A stretch of DNA of 64,000 nucleotides from Squalus acanthias (GCA_030390025.1 CM059432.1:44084001-44148000); one strand, 5' to 3'; shown: positions 51,465 to 63,241, numbered from the stretch's first letter. Numbers and translations: made by a program. The notes: generated from the letters alone by a model not told the origin.

Positions 51465-53932
51465 GTTGTACATGCTTCTACCAGAATGTAAAAAGGAAGA
51501 GAGTAGCAAAAGTAAGTACTGGTCCCTTAGAGGCTGAGACAGCAGAAATTATATTGGAGAACAAGGAAATGACAGAGACTTTAAACAAATATTTTGTATC
51601 TGTCTTCACAGTAGAACAAAGAAAAAGCATACTAAAAATAGTGGGGAACCAAGGGTCTAATAAGAGTAAGGAACTTAAAGTAATTAATATCAGTGGAGGA
51701 AAAAGTACTTGAGAAACTAATGGGATTAAAAGCTGACAAATCCCCGATCCTGTTGGTCCACATCCTAGGGTTCTAAAAGAGCTGGCTGCAGAGAAAATGG
51801 ATGCATTGGTTGTGATCTTCCAAAATTCCCTAGATTCTGGAACGGTCACAGCAGATTGGAAGATAGCAAATGTAACCCCGCGATTCAAGAAAGGAGGGAG
51901 AGAGAAAACGGGGAACTACACGCCAGTTAGCCTGGCATCAGATGTTGGGAAAATGCAGTAATCCATTATTAAGGAAGTGATAACAGGGCACTTAGAAAAT
52001 CGTAATATGATTAGGCAGAGACAACATGGTTTTATGAACGGGAAATAGTGTTTGACAAATTTATTAGAGTTTTTTGAGGATGTAACTAGCAGGGTAGATA
52101 AAGGGGATCCAGTGGATGTAGTATATTTGGATTTCCAAAAGGCATTCGATAAGGTGCCACAGAAACGTAACTGGACCAGCCACATAAATACTGTGGCAAC
52201 AAGAGCAGGTCAGAGGCTAGGTATTCTGCGGTGAGTGTCTCACCTCCTGACTTCCCAAAGCCTTTCTACCATCTACAAGGCACAAGTAAGGAGTGTGAAG
52301 GAATATTCTCCACTTGCCTGGATGAGTGCAGCTCCAACAACACTCAAGAAGCTCGACACCATCCAGGACAAAGCAGCCCACTTGATTGGCACCCCATCGA
52401 CCACCCTAAACATTCACTCCCTCCACCACCGACGTACCATGGCTGCAGTGTGTACCATCTACAAGATGCACTGCAGCAACTCGCCAAGGCTTCTTCGGCA
52501 GCACCTCCCAAACCCGCGACCTCGTCCACCTAGAAGGACGAGGGCAGCAGGCGCATGGGAACACCACCACCTCCAAGTTCCCCTCCAAATCACACACCAT
52601 CCTGACTTAGAAGTATATCGCCGATCCTTCATCGTCGCTGGGTCAAAATCCTGGAACTCCCTCCCTAACAGCACTGTGGGAGTACCTTCACCACACGGAC
52701 TGCTGAGGTTCAAGAAGGCGGCTCACCACCACCTTCTCGAGAGCAATTCGGGATGGGCAATAAATGCTGGCCTTGCCCACATCCCATAAACAAATTTTTA
52801 AAATAGGTTGTTATGCAATGTAAGGGCTCATGGGGTTGGGGGTAATACATTAGCATGGATAGAGGATTGGTTAACGGAGAACAGAGTGTAGGGATAAATG
52901 GGTCATTTTCCAGTTGGCAGGTTGTAACTAGTGGGGTATCGCAAGGATCAGTGCTTGGGCCTCAGCTACTTACAATCTATATTAATTACTTAGATGAAGG
53001 GACCGAGTGTAATGTAGCCAAGTTTCCTGATGATACAAAGCTAGGTGGGAAAGTAAGCTGTGAGGAGGACACAGAGCCTGAAAGGGGATATAGACAGACT
53101 AAGTGAGTGGGCAATAAGGTGGCAGAGGAGTATAATGTGGGGAAATGTGAGGTTATTCAATTTAGTAGCAAGAATAGAAAAACAAATTTTTTTAAATGGT
53201 GAGAAGCTATTAAATGTTGGTGTTCAGCGAGATTTAGGTGTCCTCGTACAGGAAACAGTTAGCATGCAGGTACAGCAAGCAATTGGGAAAGCAAATGGCA
53301 TGTTGGCCTTTATTGTAAGGGGGCTGGAGTACAAGAGTAAAGAAGTCTTGCTGCAATTGTACAGGGCTTTGGTGAGACCACACCTGGTGTACTGTGCACA
53401 GTTTTGGTCTCCTTATCTGAGGAAGGATATACCTGCCTTACAGGCAACAAAGATTCACTTGATTGATCCCTTGGATGAGATGGTTGTCCTATGATGAGAG
53501 ATTGAGTAAATTGGGCCTATACTCTCTGGAGTTTAGAAGAATGAGAGGTGATCTCATTGAAATATATAAGATTCTGAGGGAGATTGACAGGCTAGATGCT
53601 GAGAGATTGTTTTCCCTGGCTGGAAAGTCTAGAACTAGGAGGCATAGTCTCAGGATAAAGGGTTGGCCATTTAATACTGAGATGAGGAGGAATTTCTTTA
53701 CTGAGGGTTGTGAATCTTTGGAATTCTCTACCAGAAAGGCTGTGGATGCTGAATTGTTGAGTATATCAAGGCTGAGATAGATAGATTTTTGGACTCTAAG
53801 GGAATCAAGCTATATGGGGATCAGGCAGGAAAGTGGAGTTGAGGTCGAAGATCAGCCACGATCCTATTGAATGACAGAGCAGGCTCGAGGGGCTGTATGG
53901 CCTACTCCTGCTCCTAATTCTTATGTTCTTAT
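51465..53932 (+). mobile_element. CR1 LINE (RT), interrupted at about 52160-52803
   Basis: RT motifs in ORFs 51260, 52052, 52855, 53060 and 53463; CR1 tail. Confidence 0.9.
52160..52803 (+). mobile_element. 5'-truncated copy of the 7010-family LINE nested in CR1
   Basis: Closely matches about 9080-9730 (KAQVRSV.EYSPLAWMSAAPTTLKK). Confidence 0.9.
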
Positions 53933-54824
53933 GGAGAGAGAGAGTGAGAGAGACTGTGGAATGGGAGCTGGGGAACAGAGATGGAGCAAATGGTTTCCTC
54001 TTTTTCCCCGTTCTCGGTTTCCCCTCTTTGCCTGCCCTCGGGTGGCGTCCGAGTTCTTGCAACTTCTCACAACAGCTGCTGGGGCGAAACCACAAATAAG
54101 GATTCTCAACTGCAGGGAACCCAACCTTTATTAGGTAAACCCAATAATATTTGTAGAAGTCATGTGATCTGATGTTGCATTGTCAGATGCCATGGGGTCA
54201 GAACATCATGTGATCAAACCTCCAGAAATGCCTCCACCCAGAGTTGGTACACCTATTCCACCAGGCACAACAGGTACTGATGAGCTACTAACAGCCCCCT
54301 ACCCACCCCCCAGCACTTCAAACATTAGCAACTGCAGCACATGGAGGGAGGAGTTCCCAGACACAAGTCTGCAGGACATTAATCCCTTCCCCCCAATTTG
54401 GCAGGGACCTGCCAGGCACTCTGGCCCTACAGCAGCCACCTTGCCCTGTGCCAGCTGCCAATGTAGCAGATCCCAGGATCGGGACATCCCTCCCTCGATG
54501 GAAAAGGACCATGGCATGGCAATGAACTGGAAAACCCAATGAACAGAAAATGAACTGAAATCACATGCTGTTGGCAGGGCTCCAGAATTAGGTACGATCC
54601 TAGGTGAGGGCGAATAAAAGAAGGAACGCTGCAGGAAATACAGCCAATCCTGGAATATTTGGCTCATCCGGTTTACTGTACATACAATGACCATTTTGAA
54701 AATAAGGACACCTGCAAGTAAAGGACACTTGATGCAAGTCCCTTGGGTGTCCCTAATTTACAGGTTTCACTGTACTTGAAATGTCAAGGGTATAAAAAAA
54801 TGTTGGTGCTTTGTTTGACTTTGA

Positions 54825-55659
54825 GGGCTGGATTTTCCAAGCCCTGAGGAGGCGGGCATGGAGGCGGGACAGCCGGTAAACTCGGAGAAAGTGGAGGCGG
54901 ATGGCAAAGCCGCCTCCATGCCCTTTTGCCAGGAGGCGGGAAGATGTGCTGCTTCGGGTCCCGTCTCCTGGAGGCGGGAAAGGCATTTAATTCTTTTAAC
55001 TGCCTGTTAACAAGTAGTTAACAGGCAGAAAAAAGGATTAGTGCCATTTTACCTTCACAGGTGAAGGTTTCCCGACCTCGGAGAACCCTGCCGGGTTGGA
55101 GGAGACGTGGAGGAGGTCTGCGGCAGTCGGAGGCACCTGGAAGTAAGGTGTAGAGGTGAGTGTTGGGTGCAAGTGTGGAGTGGTAAGTATGCAAGGTGAG
55201 TGATAAGTTTAAAAAAGTGTTCACTTACCTTGTTTTCTTCCTACAGCCTTTAGCCGCAGTGGATCGGGAGTGCCGACATCCTGCTTGTCAGTTTCACAGA
55301 ATGGCTGTTGGAATCTCCGTTCCTACAGACATGTGAAATTTACAAATTTGAAAGGTTTGATGAGTCCTCAATATAAGGACTCATCAAACTAAAGAGATTA
55401 TCAGTGTTTGACAGCTTCACAGAGCTGTTAAACGCTGTCATTTCTTCTTTCAAGAAGTCTTGACAGATAGCACGTCTGACGTTGACGTGATCTGTCAGTG
55501 ACTTCCTCCCTAATTGGCCTGCTGAGCCCGCAGGGCGGGCTTAACAAGCTCAATCAGGGAAAAATCACTCTGGTTGGTCAGGCGAGGATGGAGGCGGGAC
55601 ATTGACACGGCAAGCAACTGTCCCGCCTCCAACTCGCCTCCATTCACAAAATCCAACCC
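54825..55659. mobile_element. PIF/Harbinger-type MITE, family B, inverted relative to 50229-51051
   Basis: TIR GGGCTGGATTTT / AAAATCCAACCC; exact TGA TSD (54822-54824 / 55660-55662). Body is the reverse complement of the 50229 copy. Confidence 0.85.
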
Positions 55660-56049
55660 TGAGTTGCTGACTCTTATCTCAGATTGGTGTGCAGTGCTCA
55701 AATAATGGGTGATCAATAAAGATATTGCTGTTAATAACGCTGCTGAGTTTTTTTTAAACATGTTTATCTAGTCATTTCCCCCCCCCCCCCTTCTCTTCTG
55801 AAGACATTAGGGTAGTTTTGGAGGTCATCTGCACCTCTCGGATAGCAGTGATTGCCAGTGCAGCAAAGGTACAATGAGGTGCAAGTAGCCATGAAGATAC
55901 TAAGTAGAACACACACTGGCATCCTGACACATGTATTGACAGCTCAGGGGGTTGGTGTGCTCCAGTACAGTTCAGTGAATCCTTTGCTGTTCCATAACAC
56001 TATCCATAATGTTGCCACTGCCTGATAACTTTGGAACTCTGAATTTCAT

Positions 56050-56850
56050 AAATTGGAATATTTTCTAAGTGGCAAGAGAATCAGAACTGTATAGGAGCAA
56101 AGGGATTTGCATGCCGTGTAAACAAATCACTAAAAGCTAGTGCACATATATGAAAAATAATCAAATAGTCTAATGGAATGTTGGTCACTATTTCAATGGG
56201 GCTGGAATACAATGGGGAGGAAGTGATGCTTTAGTTGTACAGAGCCTTGGTCAGACCTCATCTGGAGTACTGCCTTCAGTTTTAGGCTCCGCACCTCAGG
56301 AAAGATATGTTGGCCTTGGAGAGGGTACAGTGCAGATTCACCAGAATTATACAAGGGTTTAAAGGGTTAAATTATGAGGACAAGTTGCATAAACTTGGCT
56401 TGTATTCCCTTGAGTTTAGAAGGTTGAGGGGTGATCTAATTGAGGTGTTTCAAATTTTAAAAGCTTTCTATAGAGTAGATACAGAGAAGCTATTTTCTCT
56501 GGTGGTGGAATCCACAACAAGGTGGCACAATCCAAAAATTAGAGCTTAGGCCATTTCGGAGTGAAATCAGGAAGCACTTTTTCCACAGAGGTACTGGAAA
56601 TCTTGAACTATCTTAAGGCTGTGGATGCTGGATCAATTGAAATTTTCAAGAATGAGATCAATAGATTTTTTCAGGTAAACATATCAAGGAATATGGAGCA
56701 AAGGCAGGTAAATAGAATTGAGCCTCATTTATTGAGGTACAGATAATCCACGATCTGTTTGAATGGCAGAACAGGCTTGGGTGAGGGAGGGAACTGACTG
56801 ACCTACTCCTGTGCCAGGGAGGGAACTGACTGACCTACTCCTGTGCCAAT
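56050..56850 (+). mobile_element. Decayed CR1 3' portion
   Basis: ORF 56307..56549 ([19 protein letters not shown]). Confidence 0.85.
56784..56847 (+). repeat. Perfect 32-bp tandem duplication in a CR1 tail
   Basis: AGGGAGGGAACTGACTGACCTACTCCTGTGCC x2. Confidence 0.9.
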
Positions 56851-57143
56851 ATTGCTATCAAAATACTTTTACTGTGCACATGCATATTTACAGCAAGTGT
56901 TTTATTTTACCTGCATGCTTACCCTGATGCTTCTCCGTAGTGTTCTTAAAATGATCCCAGTTGCATGCTGAGGTGATACCTGAGTGATGCTTGGCTACAC
57001 TGTGGTATTATGAATCTCTTGGGACCAATCTGGCTCCCAACTTATGGCTTGAGTCCTGAGAGAACTCTTAAGCAGACTGTGTCAGAATTTGTGGTGGATC
57101 CCAAATCTGAGTGCCCACTGATCAGTGGGAGGGCAGACTTATG

Positions 57144-57982
57144 GGCCGGAATTTTCTCAAGGGAGGCAGGTTGGGGCGGGGAGCCTTAAGGCAGCTTGCA
57201 GACTTTAATGGCAGTGCCTGATTTTGAATGTGAGGCCTTGGATTCCCACCTGCAGCCAGCCAGCTTGAGAGGGGCCGATCAGGGGCTGGGGGTGGAAGGG
57301 GATCGGGATCAGCGGTTGGGGGAGGGAGAGGATTTGGGTGGGAGGGGGTGGGGGAAGGGAGAGGATCGGGGGGGGGAGGGGTCAGCTGGGGATTGGGGGG
57401 AGAGGTCGGCCGGAGATCGTTTGGGGAGGGGGGGGGGGGGGGGTGGCGTTGGCCAGGAATTGGCGGGGGTGGAAGGTGGGAGAGAGGATTGGGGCCGACC
57501 ACTGGAGGATCGTGGCTGGCCTCATCATCATCGTTGTGGGGGAGTGATCGGAAGCCTCGTGAGGGGGTGGGGGAGTCTTCGATTGTGGGGGGTGGGTATG
57601 GTCGGGACCCTGGACCCAGGAGGTAGGTATAAAAACACTTCCCTCCTGGATGCAGCAGTCCCCGCCTCTGTTTAACTGCTGGGTTTCATGAATTGTGTGA
57701 AACCCGTCCACAGGCAGTTTAAATTCAAAATGGACGGGGGGGGGGGGGGGGGGGGGGGGGGAAAAGGCTTCCAGCCTCATTACAATATTTAAATTGAGGT
57801 ACCGCCCCCTGGGAGTGGGTTGGTCGCCCGCCTCCTGCCCCCCCCCCCCCCCCCCCCCCATCCTCCGGCAAAACCAGAAGTGGTTGGAATAGAGGCGGGA
57901 TCAGGTCAGGAATTCCATTTTTAACACTTTAACTGCCCCCACACTCCAAACCCACCCATTCTTTTAGGGGAAAATTCCGGCC
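57144..57982. mobile_element. PIF/Harbinger-type MITE with a G-run-rich interior
   Basis: Perfect 13-bp TIR GGCCGGAATTTTC / GAAAATTCCGGCC; ATG TSD (57141-57143 / 57983-57985). Confidence 0.88.
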
Positions 57983-58494
57983 ATGGTATCAGTTGGATGC
58001 TGCAGACCCCGAGGGATGGTGCCTTGGATATCTTGGAAGCTGGTTGCCAACATTCTGTCCTAATGACTCCAAGGCCTGGAAGTCAGTGGTCAAAGCAACC
58101 ATATGGAATGCATTAACTAGTCTGGAGGTCTTTCTGTCAGGGGGGATGGATGTATGTGTTCCTGGTGCTGCCAGTTGCCACACGTTGAGATGTAATGTGT
58201 TGAATCCATAGCTATTGGCACTGAGAATAGGAATGACTCTGCCATGACACCTGCCATCTGTCGCAGGTCCTCCAAGATGGTTATCAGTGTCTTATGTGAG
58301 TGCGATTCTCATTCCTTATTTTTAGAGCGGGACCCCAGAGATCTCAGGCAACAGGCTTGGGAGCGAGGGGAATGATTTCAATGGCATACCTGTTCCCCAC
58401 TGTCAGATCCCATTTTCAGCTTTGTTTCCTCTGGCACTGAGGAGTAATGAATGCCACACATTTAAAGAGACATGCAAGGAAGGTTCACTGGAAG

Positions 58495-58700
58495 CTTACC
58501 ATGGTTGCTCTGGTAAGGTTGTTAAACTTCTTCCAGCACTGCAAAGGAGTTATGGAGTTCAAGGAAATTGTACACTGCTACCTCCTTCCACAAAGTCCTT
58601 CCTGTTCTGTGTGTCCGTAATAAGGATGTGCAGCTCCAGCTTCCTGAGGTGTGCCACTCATTTATTTTATCTGGCTATCATCCTTGTCACCCAGGTTGCC
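58495..58700 (-). pseudogene. Harbinger Myb/SANT-like DNA-binding partner gene relic
   Basis: Minus strand translates RTLWKEVAV, frameshift, ITPLQCWKKFNNLTRATM, then a GTAAGC donor. Fits the W..VA...QC.KKF.DL trihelix motif. Confidence 0.65.
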
Positions 58701-58789
58701 TGCTTCCTCCAGTGCTGCCATTGTCCCTTTAAACAGCTGCAGGTTTTCTATTCTGCTGCTGCACCAGATTTCTGCCTCCCCACCAGATA

Positions 58790-59560
58790 TTTTTTAACAG
58801 GAGCCATTGACAGAAATATTTAGAGTCATTGAAAAAGGGGATGGTACTAGAAGACTGGAGAGCAGCATATGTAGTGGTTTTACTATAAAGGTAAATGGGG
58901 GTAGTTTGTCTCCCATCAGTATGAGGGAAAGTTTGGAATCAATTAACAAGTAGTGGAATACTTGAAGAGATGTAAATTAATTGTTAAAAGTCAGCATGGA
59001 TTTACAAAAAGGAAGTTATACCAGAGCATTTAATACGTTTTCATAGAGTAACAAAATATATGGAGAATGGGGTGAGTGTAGTTTTGATATACTTAGCTTT
59101 TAGTAAAACTTTTAATAAAGTACCTCATTAAAAGAAACTAGCTCAGGAAGTTAGCAGACATGTGGGTGAAATTCAGTTTTGGCAGGGGCGCAAAACAGAC
59201 GGTAGCAGATTGGCCGCCCATTATACACCCTGCCTGATTTTCCTTTCAGTGTTGGGGCTGGTACTCTTCAACATTTTCATAAATGATCTGGAAGAAATAA
59301 ATGACTGGTAGTATCATTATAAAGTTTGCAGATGACACCAAAAAGCAGGAGAGATTATATTGTGGAGGATGGCAATAGCTACAGGGGGCTTAGACTGTTT
59401 GGGGAGGACAATGGCAGATGCATTTTGATGTAGATAACTGAAAATAATGCACTTACAGATATAGAATATGCAATGAAATTGCAGAATTAATGGGGAAAAA
59501 GGATCTGAGAGTCATTTTGATAGACCCTTCAAGACATCAAGCTAATGTCTGGCTGTTGAT
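58790..59560 (+). mobile_element. Ancient CR1 RT remnant
   Basis: Decayed SQHGFT, FNKVPH, FINDL and KFADDTK motifs in order. Confidence 0.7.
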
Positions 59561-59736
59561 TGAGGTTTTAATAAGGCTCAGGATCAGTCAAGGCTGTTTG
59601 TATTGGAAGGAGACAGCAGAATAAGGGAGCAGTTGACCTGAATTTTCTTTCATTGGTGAGCTGTGCCATCTGCTCCAAGGCCACCTGCAACCAACCTGCA
59701 TGGATTATAGAATTGACACTGTCTGTGATGGGTAAA

Positions 59737-59992
59737 GTTACATAGAGTCTACAGCACAGAAATAGGCCATTCGGCCCAACTGGTCTATGCCTGTGTTTAT
59801 GCTTCACACGAGCCTCCTCTCACCCCTCTTCATCTAACCCGATCAGCATATCCTACTATTCCTTTCTCCTTCATGTGCTTATCTAGCTTCCCCTTAAATG
59901 CATCTATGTAATTCACTTCAACTACTCCCTGTGGTAGCATGTTCCACATTCTTACCACTCTTTGGGTAAAGAAGTTTCTCCTGAGTTACCTA
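59737..59992 (-). mobile_element. CR1 3' end
   Basis: ACAGCACAGAAATAGGCCATTCGGCCC tail, as in the 43071 subfamily. Confidence 0.7.
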
Positions 59993-61009
59993 CATGCTCA
60001 ACTTGTTTGGCTTAGCCTCCTTCCAGTCTAGCTAAGACAGCATCTGCTCTATCAGCGAATGTACTGCCTTTAAATGTATGGAAACAACTGACTGATTCAT
60101 TGGCCAGCATAGCCAGAAATTTCATCTCCTGTGAATGCGTGACAAGGTTGTTGCCACATTACAACAGTGACTCCACTTCAAAAGTACTTCATTGGCTGTA
60201 AAGCGCTTTGAGATGTCCGGTGGTCGTGAAAGGCGCTATATAAATGCAAGTCCTTTTTTCTTTTTTCTTTTTACTTAAAGTGCAGGTGGTCTTTGATGGT
60301 GAACAGTAGGTTCCTGCTCCTCCTCTGCTACCACCACTTGCTCCACCTCACCCGTGCCCTGTAAATCACTCAGTATTGCCACCTCAGGCTCACTAACCAA
60401 TATTACAATGTTTTCTCCAAGGGAGACTTTCCAACAAAGCTCAAATTACAAAATATTAACTGTATGTGTTGTTTGTGATTGAGTGTATGCCTGATAAGAT
60501 AAGCATGATACGAGCCCATAGCATTGGAGAGGCTGGTGCTTCATTTTCTCTTAGCTCCACAATGTATTACAGGTGACATTGTCCAGGGTGTCTTCCTCCA
60601 AGGGAGTCCAAGCCTTGTAATTTCTGAACCCTCATCATGTTTGCATTTGTGCCCTTGTATTAATTGCCATCTTGTGAAAGCAGAGAAGTAGTCTTGGCAT
60701 GTAAGTTGAAGGAGCACATATACAGTGACAGACATACAAAGATGTAGCCCATGTAGGGTGCAATTAAGTGACCATGGATCATGCAGCTAGGTTGTGTTAC
60801 AGGGCTTTTATGTTTCAAACGTTGAAGATGAGCGTGAACCAAGGCTTTTTACTATAATTTACAGCAGTAATTTGTGCTCTATGGATATGCATCAATGAAA
60901 GAGGCGTAAAGGCTCAGCTTGGGCAAGCAGTAAATATGGAACAGGTTGCCAGGCAACACTATGTGGCATACATACATGAGCCATGTAGTGGTACAAGGAA
61001 CTGTTTGGT

Positions 61010-61225
61010 GAGCTTAGCTTGAAAGCTTCCTTAGAGTGTGCAGTCATCTGCATTTGTTTCCAGGTCGCAGGTACTGTATGCAGCATTGTGCTTGACTGCC
61101 AAGCAAGCTGCCCTGCTGTTTTGAGAAGGTTGACCTGAAATGGCAAACAGTGCATCTCTCCTCGCATCCAGCTTATGCAGCAGCACTTCCACTTCACCAG
61201 CAAACGTCTGTGAGGTGTGCTCTCA
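61010..61225 (-). pseudogene. Second Harbinger Myb/NAIF1-like relic
   Basis: Minus strand FAGEVEVLLHKLDARRDALFAISGQP..., frameshift, VPATWKQ. Resembles the F...E.EVL......RR..LF N-terminus of this domain. Confidence 0.5.
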
Positions 61226-62138
61226 AACTTGAAAATCTATACTATGACATCAGTGGCACAAGAGGTTTATGTGCTCTGTTTATACAGTGTGCAGAATGCG
61301 CTGTATGTGTTTCAGAATTTTAAACACATTTTTCTTCAGTTTTTGGGCATGCTTACTATACTGTTCATTTTCTAATTGGTTGTCGACATTGCATGCGCTA
61401 TTTCACTTGCTGTGACAGTGCTCTTTGCTTACCATTGTCATGCACATAAATTATGATTGTGGTTGTGTGCTCAAATTTGGGGGGAAAAGCTTAATTGGAT
61501 AATATGATAAATTTTATGTCTTGTCTCATGTTTGGAGAAAGTTACTGGGATTGATAGCTACATTCGCTAAATTTAAAATTTACTTCTAGGTGGCATGGTG
61601 GTACAGTGCAATTTTAATCTTGCCGGTTTTAATCGTCCAAATTCCTAATCTAAATATCATTGCAGGGAGCAAGTAAGCAAAGGTCAGGCGTTTCCCATAA
61701 AGAAAAATTCAGGGGGACTGTCATCCCTGGATTGCTTGTGTGCCATCTGACAACTTGCTTATAACAAGACTGGCTTAGATCGTGGAGTAGGTCACTTGAC
61801 GACCAGTAGGGTGCTGATGCCAGAAAAGATGAAGAAGAGATTACAGTTCCCTCTTTTAATTGGTGATAAACTCACACAGTAGTTGAAAAAAATAATTAAA
61901 TGTTTCTATACAAGTTATAAAATGTGCTTTTTATTTGGTGTTATATCCTGAGTGGTTATTATAGAGGTAATTTTACAAGTGAGCTTCACCTGCCAGGAAT
62001 TGTGATTTTGTAAAATTAGTCCTTATGTATTCAGATTGTGGCAGTGAGGTAAAAAATGGAACAATGTTACAATAGCTTACTGATGATAACACTGTACAGA
62101 TGCAACATAAGCAGCTCTTTATTTTGGTTTCCTTTTAG

Positions 62139-62229
62139 ATCGTCTGTTGGCAGTGCATTGCCTCGAAGGCGTTGCTGTGCATATGTTACTGTTGGAATGA
62201 TATGTGTTTTCATTGGAGTTGGTTTAACT
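62139..62229 (+). CDS. PIP4P2: PIP4P2 exon 6, 91 nt, first transmembrane helix
   Basis: ccttttag acceptor, GTAAGT donor. Encodes SSVGSALPRRRCCAYVTVGMICVFIGVGLT. Confidence 0.96.
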
Positions 62230-62398
62230 GTAAGTAGAACTTAATCAGGTTGAAGCACTTATATAAAAACAGTATTGATTCGCAAGACATTTATGTATTG
62301 TGTTTTTACTTCCTGATATTTGCGTGTAATAAATTTTTGTGTCTTGTAAATGTATTCCCACTTATGCTTGGCACTATTTCTGTTTGTTCTAAACTTTA

Positions 62399-63241
62399 GG
62401 GCCCAGATTTTGCAGTGGTAATGACGGTGAAACTGTCAGCCTTCACCGTCATTACCCTCTGAAACTAACCTTAACTTCAGGATTCAGTGCATGCGCAGAT
62501 AAGTACGGAATTCCTGAAGTTGCGGTCAGTCATTCCCTGCTCCGCCACTGGTTGCGCTGTGGAACTCCCCATAGCCAGCAATTACTGAAATCACTTGAAC
62601 TGACGAAAATGCCCCCTTTTCCGCGCTAATATCGCTGTTAAAAAAACCCATAAAAAGTTAAGCCTTGTTCAGTGAGGTGTAACTGGGTTTTTAAACGGCG
62701 TTCTGAGCAATGTTCCCCCTAATTTTTTTGGCTGTGCGGCCCATTCACAGTTTCGTGCATGTGCAAAATTTAACATTAGAAAATCCGGTTCCGGGCTGCG
62801 AGAGGGACCAGCAGAGAGCTGCGCAGTTGCTTCTGAGTGATACTGCTGAAAAGTTCTGGCCCTGAAAAACTAACTTTATATTTATGGAATGCTAAATTTC
62901 TCCATTATGATAAATTATTAGATTTTTAAAATAATAAATATATTTTTTTTAAGTTTATGATATTTCAGATACTACCTTAAAACCCATGTGTATGTCCCAA
63001 TCTTTATTTAGCTCGTGGAAAATTTTAAAAAGTGAATGATAAAAGCTGCTTTTTATTTCCAGTTTGCTGTCTGAGAATTCCTCAATGTGATTGGCTGCTA
63101 AGCCAGCTTGATGACATCACTGCTGGTGGACGCTGGCGATCCCCTATCGACAGCGCTGCAATAAAATTAGCGTCAAGAAAACTAAAGTTTACGCCACAGA
63201 GATCTTTGTGGGCAGCTTAACCACTGACCGCAAATTCCGGG
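62399..63241. mobile_element. Harbinger-type MITE family A, inverted relative to 17323-18073
   Basis: GGGCCCAGATTTTGC...GCAAATTCCGGG termini. Shadow ORFs 63032(+) and 17396(-) give near-identical peptides (VCCLRI.QCDWLL.QL.DITA). Confidence 0.8.
62708..62829. mobile_element. Small hAT-like insert nested in the MITE
   Basis: Starts CAATGTTCCCCCTAA and ends TTG; flanked by gTTCTGAG / cTTCTGAG (7 of 8 bp TSD). Absent from the 17323 copy. Confidence 0.55.

Noticed and set aside
54275..54300. CTGATGA as a hammerhead core (also at 5404)
   Set aside because: No correctly placed GAAA after a stem II.
57122..57861. Pro/Gly-rich ORFs
   Set aside because: Translation artefacts of G/C runs inside a MITE.
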